This document shows, piece after piece, positions 35,748 to 39,072 of a DNA stretch of 39,072 nucleotides; within the stretch, counting starts at the first letter, position 1; each line of letters begins with the position of its first letter. Source of the DNA: Sphingomonas paucimobilis (GTDB lineage Bacteria; Pseudomonadota; Alphaproteobacteria; Sphingomonadales; Sphingomonadaceae); assembly GCA_945860425.1 (NCBI GenBank), contig CAMAQU010000001.1, positions 1 through 39,072 on the forward strand, in the 5' to 3' direction. A program made the position numbers and the translations under genes. A model generated the notes under the pieces. It worked only from the letters and a program-made list of their open reading frames with translations. It had not been told where the DNA came from and made no database searches.

Positions 35748-37032
35748 TCTGAAGGCCAATAAGCGAGATTTTACGCTGCTGTTTCTGGTCATGTTGATCA
35801 CGGGGGCCGGCAATACAGCTCTGCAATCGGTTCTGCCGACCTTGGGGCGGACAATTGGGGTTGCGGATAGTGTGATCGCGGCTGCCTTTTCCGTGTCGGC
35901 CGCGATTTGGGTGTTCACGGCACCCCGCTGGGCCCGTCGATCCGATAAGGATGGGCGGCGCGAAATGGTCATGCTCGGCCTTGTGGGCTTTATCTCGTCG
36001 GTTGGGCTGTGCGGCCTTGTCTTGTCGCTCGGTCTGCACGGGGTTTTGGGGCCATTGGTGACGATGCTTGCCTTTATTGCTGCGCGCATGCTCTATGGCT
36101 TTTTCGGCGCGGCAGCTCCACCTGCAGCACAGGCCATGGTCGCGCTCAGAACATCGCGCAAGGAACGGACAAAGGCCTTGACCATGCTGGGCTCTGCCTT
36201 TGGCCTGGGCACAATTTTGGGCCCGGCAGCGGCTCCTTGGCTGGTTGGCCTTCCCGTTGTTGGATTGGCTGGGCCCGCCTTTATCTTTGCAGCTTTTGGC
36301 AGCGTCGTTCTGTTTTTCGTCTGGCGCTATTTGCGCGATGACACCCCGTCTGATGCGGGGCGCGGGGCGGCTGTCAGCTACCCCTCCATCGGCGGCGCGC
36401 CAACGGGGGGTAGTGTTACGGTCGCCACCTCCCCCCAATCCAAGCCCTTGGCACTGAGAGACCCGCGAATCTGGCCTTGGATGCTGTTGGGCCTGATCAT
36501 GGGCCATGCGCAGGCGATGACGGGACAGGCCGTTGGCTTTTTGGTGATTGATCGGCTGCATCTTCCGCTGGCCGATTCTCAAGAAGCCATCGGCATTGTT
36601 TTGATGATCGGGGCGGCGGCGGCCTTGCTGGTGCAATGGGGCCTGATTCCGCTGTTCAATCTTGAGCCGCGGGTGATGATGGTGATTGGGCTTGTCATTT
36701 CCGCGATTGGGTGCGCCACAACCGGTGTCGCGGATAGTCTTTACGGCATTTCGACGGCCTATGCGCTGGCCTGCATTGGGTTCGGCTTTTCAAGGCCCGC
36801 TTTTACAGCCGGGGCCTCCTTGTCCGTTGACCGAAAACTGCAAGGCTCGGTCGCCGGACGGGTGACTTCAGTCAATGGCGCTGCTTTTGTGCTCGGTCCT
36901 TCTATTGGAGTTGGCCTGTATGAGCTCTGGGGCCCGCTGCCCTATTTCCTGTCGGCCGCGATACTTGCCCTGCTCATTCCCTATGTCCTTGTCCGAATAA
37001 AGCCGGTCGCCGCCGCCTCTTCGGAGCAGTAA
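35740..37032 (+). CDS. MFS transporter
   Basis: About 12 hydrophobic helices, motif A-like W.RRSDKDGRR, AFGLGTILGP. Confidence 0.88.
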   Translation: MVDLKANKRDFTLLFLVMLITGAGNTALQSVLPTLGRTIGVADSVIAAAFSVSAAIWVFTAPRWARRSDKDGRREMVMLGLVGFISSVGLCGLVLSLGLHGVLGPLVTMLAFIAARMLYGFFGAAAPPAAQAMVALRTSRKERTKALTMLGSAFGLGTILGPAAAPWLVGLPVVGLAGPAFIFAAFGSVVLFFVWRYLRDDTPSDAGRGAAVSYPSIGGAPTGGSVTVATSPQSKPLALRDPRIWPWMLLGLIMGHAQAMTGQAVGFLVIDRLHLPLADSQEAIGIVLMIGAAAALLVQWGLIPLFNLEPRVMMVIGLVISAIGCATTGVADSLYGISTAYALACIGFGFSRPAFTAGASLSVDRKLQGSVAGRVTSVNGAAFVLGPSIGVGLYELWGPLPYFLSAAILALLIPYVLVRIKPVAAASSEQ

Positions 37033-37103
37033 AGCCGGATTTATGCTGCAGGCGCGAAGTGGACTTGGTGCGCTGTCAATGCTGCGCACGTCTGCGGCAA
37101 ACG

Positions 37104-37133
37104 AAAAAAAGGCCAGCCCCGAGGGACTGGCCT
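37104..37133 (-). terminator. Intrinsic terminator AGGCCAGUCC-CUCG-GGGCUGGCCU-UUUUUU on minus strand
   Basis: 10-bp stem and 7-U tract oriented for a minus-strand transcript, though both flanking CDSs are on plus. Confidence 0.85.
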
Positions 37134-37168
37134 ATGAAAGTTTGTATAGGAGAGGATGCCTGAAAGGC
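37104..37168 (-). ncRNA. Candidate trans-acting small RNA (about 65 nt), MmgR/suhB- or AbcR-like architecture
   Basis: Promoter TTGCAC-17-CATTCA; RNA GCCUUUCAGGC-AUCCUCUCCUAUACAAACUUUCAU-terminator-U7; no credible ORF. Confidence 0.62.
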
Positions 37169-37222
37169 AGGATCTGAATGCACCGCAGCAAGTTTTTGTG
37201 CAAGTGCGAAATGAAAAATCGT

Positions 37223-37253
37223 GATTGCAATTTTTGCAATCGTATCCTAATCT
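37223..37253. promoter_or_regulatory. Palindromic LysR box GATTGCAA-TTT-TTGCAATC (T-N11-A) overlapping the lysR promoter TTGCAA-17-TAATCT
   Basis: 8-bp perfect inverted repeat 37223-37241; -10 TAATCT at 37248-37253, 6 nt before ATG 37260. Confidence 0.7.
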
Positions 37254-37259
37254 TCTTGC

Positions 37260-38147
37260 ATGCGCCGCCTTCCCTCCCTTGCTGCCATTGAGGCCTTTGT
37301 TCAGGTGGCCCGTCTTGGATCGATCAAGGCGGCAGCTGAAGAACTGTCCCTCTCCTCTCCCGCGCTCAGTCGGCGAATCCAGACATTGGAGGCCTTTGTT
37401 GGCCGCCCGCTGTTTGATCGGGGGCACCAATCCATCCGCCTCAATGAAAGTGGGGAGGAATTGATGGAGCTGGTCGTGGACCCGATTGGCGCGCTGGGCG
37501 ATGCGATTGAGACGATGACGTCACGCGATCATGTGATGCGCTTGCGCCTCGGCGTGCCGACCTTGTTCGCCTCTCAACGGCTGATCCCGCATATCCCTGA
37601 GCTGCGCAAAGCCCACCCGACACTGCATATTGATCTGGATACGGCGGCCCATTCTCTCACGCGTCTGGGCGATGGGCTGGATTGCGCCATTGCGCTCGCT
37701 GAGTCGCTTGACCCTGCGCTTTATGGCGTGCGCATTTATCGGGACAATATCTACACCGTTGGCGCACGGCGGCTGGTGCAAGGCCCGCATGCCATCACCC
37801 GGCCAGAACAGGTAGGCGAAATGACGGTGATGATCCACCGGGAGCTTGGCGATACGTTCAGCGCTTGGCGCGACGCGGTTGGGCTCCCCAATTTAGAACC
37901 AGCGGCGATTGATTATTATGATTCGGGCCAGCTGATGCTGGAGGCGGCAGCTCAAGGCCTCGGCATCGCCTTTCTGCACCAAAATCTTTTGTCCGATTAT
38001 GGGGATGAGCGGCTGGTGCGCATGTTTGCGGATGTCGAGGTGCGCAGCCCCTATAGCTATTGGTTCGCCTGTCGGCCGCGCGCTTTGGATCTCCAGCCAG
38101 TGCGGTTGTTCCGCGACTGGCTGGTGACCCTCTATCAATCAGATTGA
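37260..38147 (+). CDS. LysR-family transcriptional regulator, GcvA-like
   Basis: MRRLPSL.AIEAF..VARLGS...AAEEL.LS.PALSRRI..LE...G..LF.R; AA.QGLGIA; Y.Y. Confidence 0.93.
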   Translation: MRRLPSLAAIEAFVQVARLGSIKAAAEELSLSSPALSRRIQTLEAFVGRPLFDRGHQSIRLNESGEELMELVVDPIGALGDAIETMTSRDHVMRLRLGVPTLFASQRLIPHIPELRKAHPTLHIDLDTAAHSLTRLGDGLDCAIALAESLDPALYGVRIYRDNIYTVGARRLVQGPHAITRPEQVGEMTVMIHRELGDTFSAWRDAVGLPNLEPAAIDYYDSGQLMLEAAAQGLGIAFLHQNLLSDYGDERLVRMFADVEVRSPYSYWFACRPRALDLQPVRLFRDWLVTLYQSD

Positions 38148-38166
38148 GGCCAAAGCCTCTTTCCTC

Positions 38167-38613
38167 TTAGGCGACGGTCGCCTTGATGATTTTGCCGGGC
38201 GTGGCGGGCGGCTCACCCTTGGGCAGGGCATCGACATGTTCCATGCCCGACGTCACCTGACCCCAAACCGTATATTGTCCATCCAGGAAGTTCGCGTCCT
38301 GAAAGCAGATGAAGAACTGGCTGTTGGCGCTGTTCGGGTTCATCGCCCGCGCCATAGAGCAGGTACCACGCACATGCGGCGCATCGTTGAATTCGGCCTT
38401 TAGATCCGGCTTTTCAGAGCCGCCCATGCCTGTGCCGGTCGGGTCGCCGCCTTGGGCCATGAAGCCGCTGATGACGCGGTGAAAGACCACGCCATCATAA
38501 AAGCCTTCTTGCGCCAATTCGGAAATGCGCGCGACATGGCCGGGCGCAAGATCAGGGCGGAGCTGAATGACAACATCCCCGGTTTCAAGCGTAAAGGTCA
38601 ACGTATCGGCCAT
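38167..38613 (-). CDS. Cyclophilin-type peptidyl-prolyl cis-trans isomerase
   Basis: GFYDGVVFHRVI.GFMAQGGDP, SMARA..PNSANSQFFI, LDGQYTVWG.V. Confidence 0.95.
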   Translation of the reverse strand: MADTLTFTLETGDVVIQLRPDLAPGHVARISELAQEGFYDGVVFHRVISGFMAQGGDPTGTGMGGSEKPDLKAEFNDAPHVRGTCSMARAMNPNSANSQFFICFQDANFLDGQYTVWGQVTSGMEHVDALPKGEPPATPGKIIKATVA

Positions 38614-38650
38614 GTTCTTAAGTCCTTCTTATCATCGTCAAAAAGGCCCC

Positions 38651-39070
38651 TTAAGCGGCTTGGGCGAGCGATGCCAGCCCATATTGCGCCGCTAAGAGCG
38701 CATAGCTGCGGCGGCGCGCCGCATGATTGGGCATGATGTTGACCAACATCATTTCATCCGCGCCATAATGGGCAGCGACTGCGTCAATTTCTGCCTGCAC
38801 CTCCTGCGGGTCGCCAATGATGGAGCGTCGATTGGGTTGCGGGGTGTCGTGATCCACGGCCCAGCGCGCAGCCTTTTCCACTGACGGAACGGGGATTAAT
38901 TCGCCTCGGATGAGATGATGAAACATCATGCGTGCGGGCATAGCGAGTCGTGTCGCTTCCTCGAGCGTTGGGGCCGCAATCGCCCAGTTGGCGACCATCA
39001 CATAGGGCTTGTCGAGCCAGCGCGAGGGCTGAAAATTGCGCCGATAGAGATCGGCCTGTGCTAGTCCTTG
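38651..39070 (-). CDS. LLM-class (luciferase-like) flavin-dependent oxidoreductase, C-terminal part, truncated by window edge
   Basis: Frame open to window end: YRRNFQPS..LDKPY.MVA, I.GDP.EV......A..YGADE, R.RSY.LLA. Confidence 0.8.
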   Translation of the reverse strand, partial: QGLAQADLYRRNFQPSRWLDKPYVMVANWAIAAPTLEEATRLAMPARMMFHHLIRGELIPVPSVEKAARWAVDHDTPQPNRRSIIGDPQEVQAEIDAVAAHYGADEMMLVNIMPNHAARRRSYALLAAQYGLASLAQAA

Positions 39071-39072
39071 CG

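Noticed and set aside
37041-37430. 129-aa minus-strand ORF crossing the sRNA locus
   Set aside because: It starts antisense inside lysR, runs through a strong terminator and has no recognisable protein features. A non-coding unit explains the region better.
1-39072. CRISPR array, prophage, IS element, tRNA/rRNA or defence island
   Set aside because: No regularly spaced repeats, integrase/transposase/phage ORFs or tRNA-like sequences were seen, and intergenic gaps are too short.

Overview
This is a GC-rich, gene-dense alphaproteobacterial chromosomal window. Gene content and order point to Sphingomonadaceae, by inference from family recognition. It holds about 48 CDSs. Core genes include ptsN (partial), mmcB, trcR/DUF1013, queF, sseA-metC, lemA-TPM-TPM-NUDIX, sigma54/NtrC-controlled glnK-amtB, crcB-rluA-HAD-ATP12, sspB-fumC-gmk, hisBHAFE-HIT and a cyclophilin. 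Accessory-type genes include two orphan P450s, an FeS photolyase, a TonB-dependent receptor, a secreted beta-helix plus diheme cytochrome c pair, a 2OG-Fe(II) oxygenase, a bactofilin and PhzF. I saw no rRNA, tRNA, CRISPR, prophage or transposase. The most interesting signals are non-coding. (1) A ~65-nt candidate sRNA is transcribed divergently from a GcvA-like LysR gene, with its own promoter, a palindromic LysR box, a PhaR/AniA-like box, an anti-Shine-Dalgarno seed and a terminator. (2) A three-hairpin candidate 3'UTR-derived sRNA follows amtB and carries the same UCCUCUCC seed. (3) Structured leaders precede the cell-wall hydrolase and trcR. (4) About ten genes show a recurring leaderless promoter geometry. 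All calls come from reading the sequence by eye; no searches or folding programs were run.
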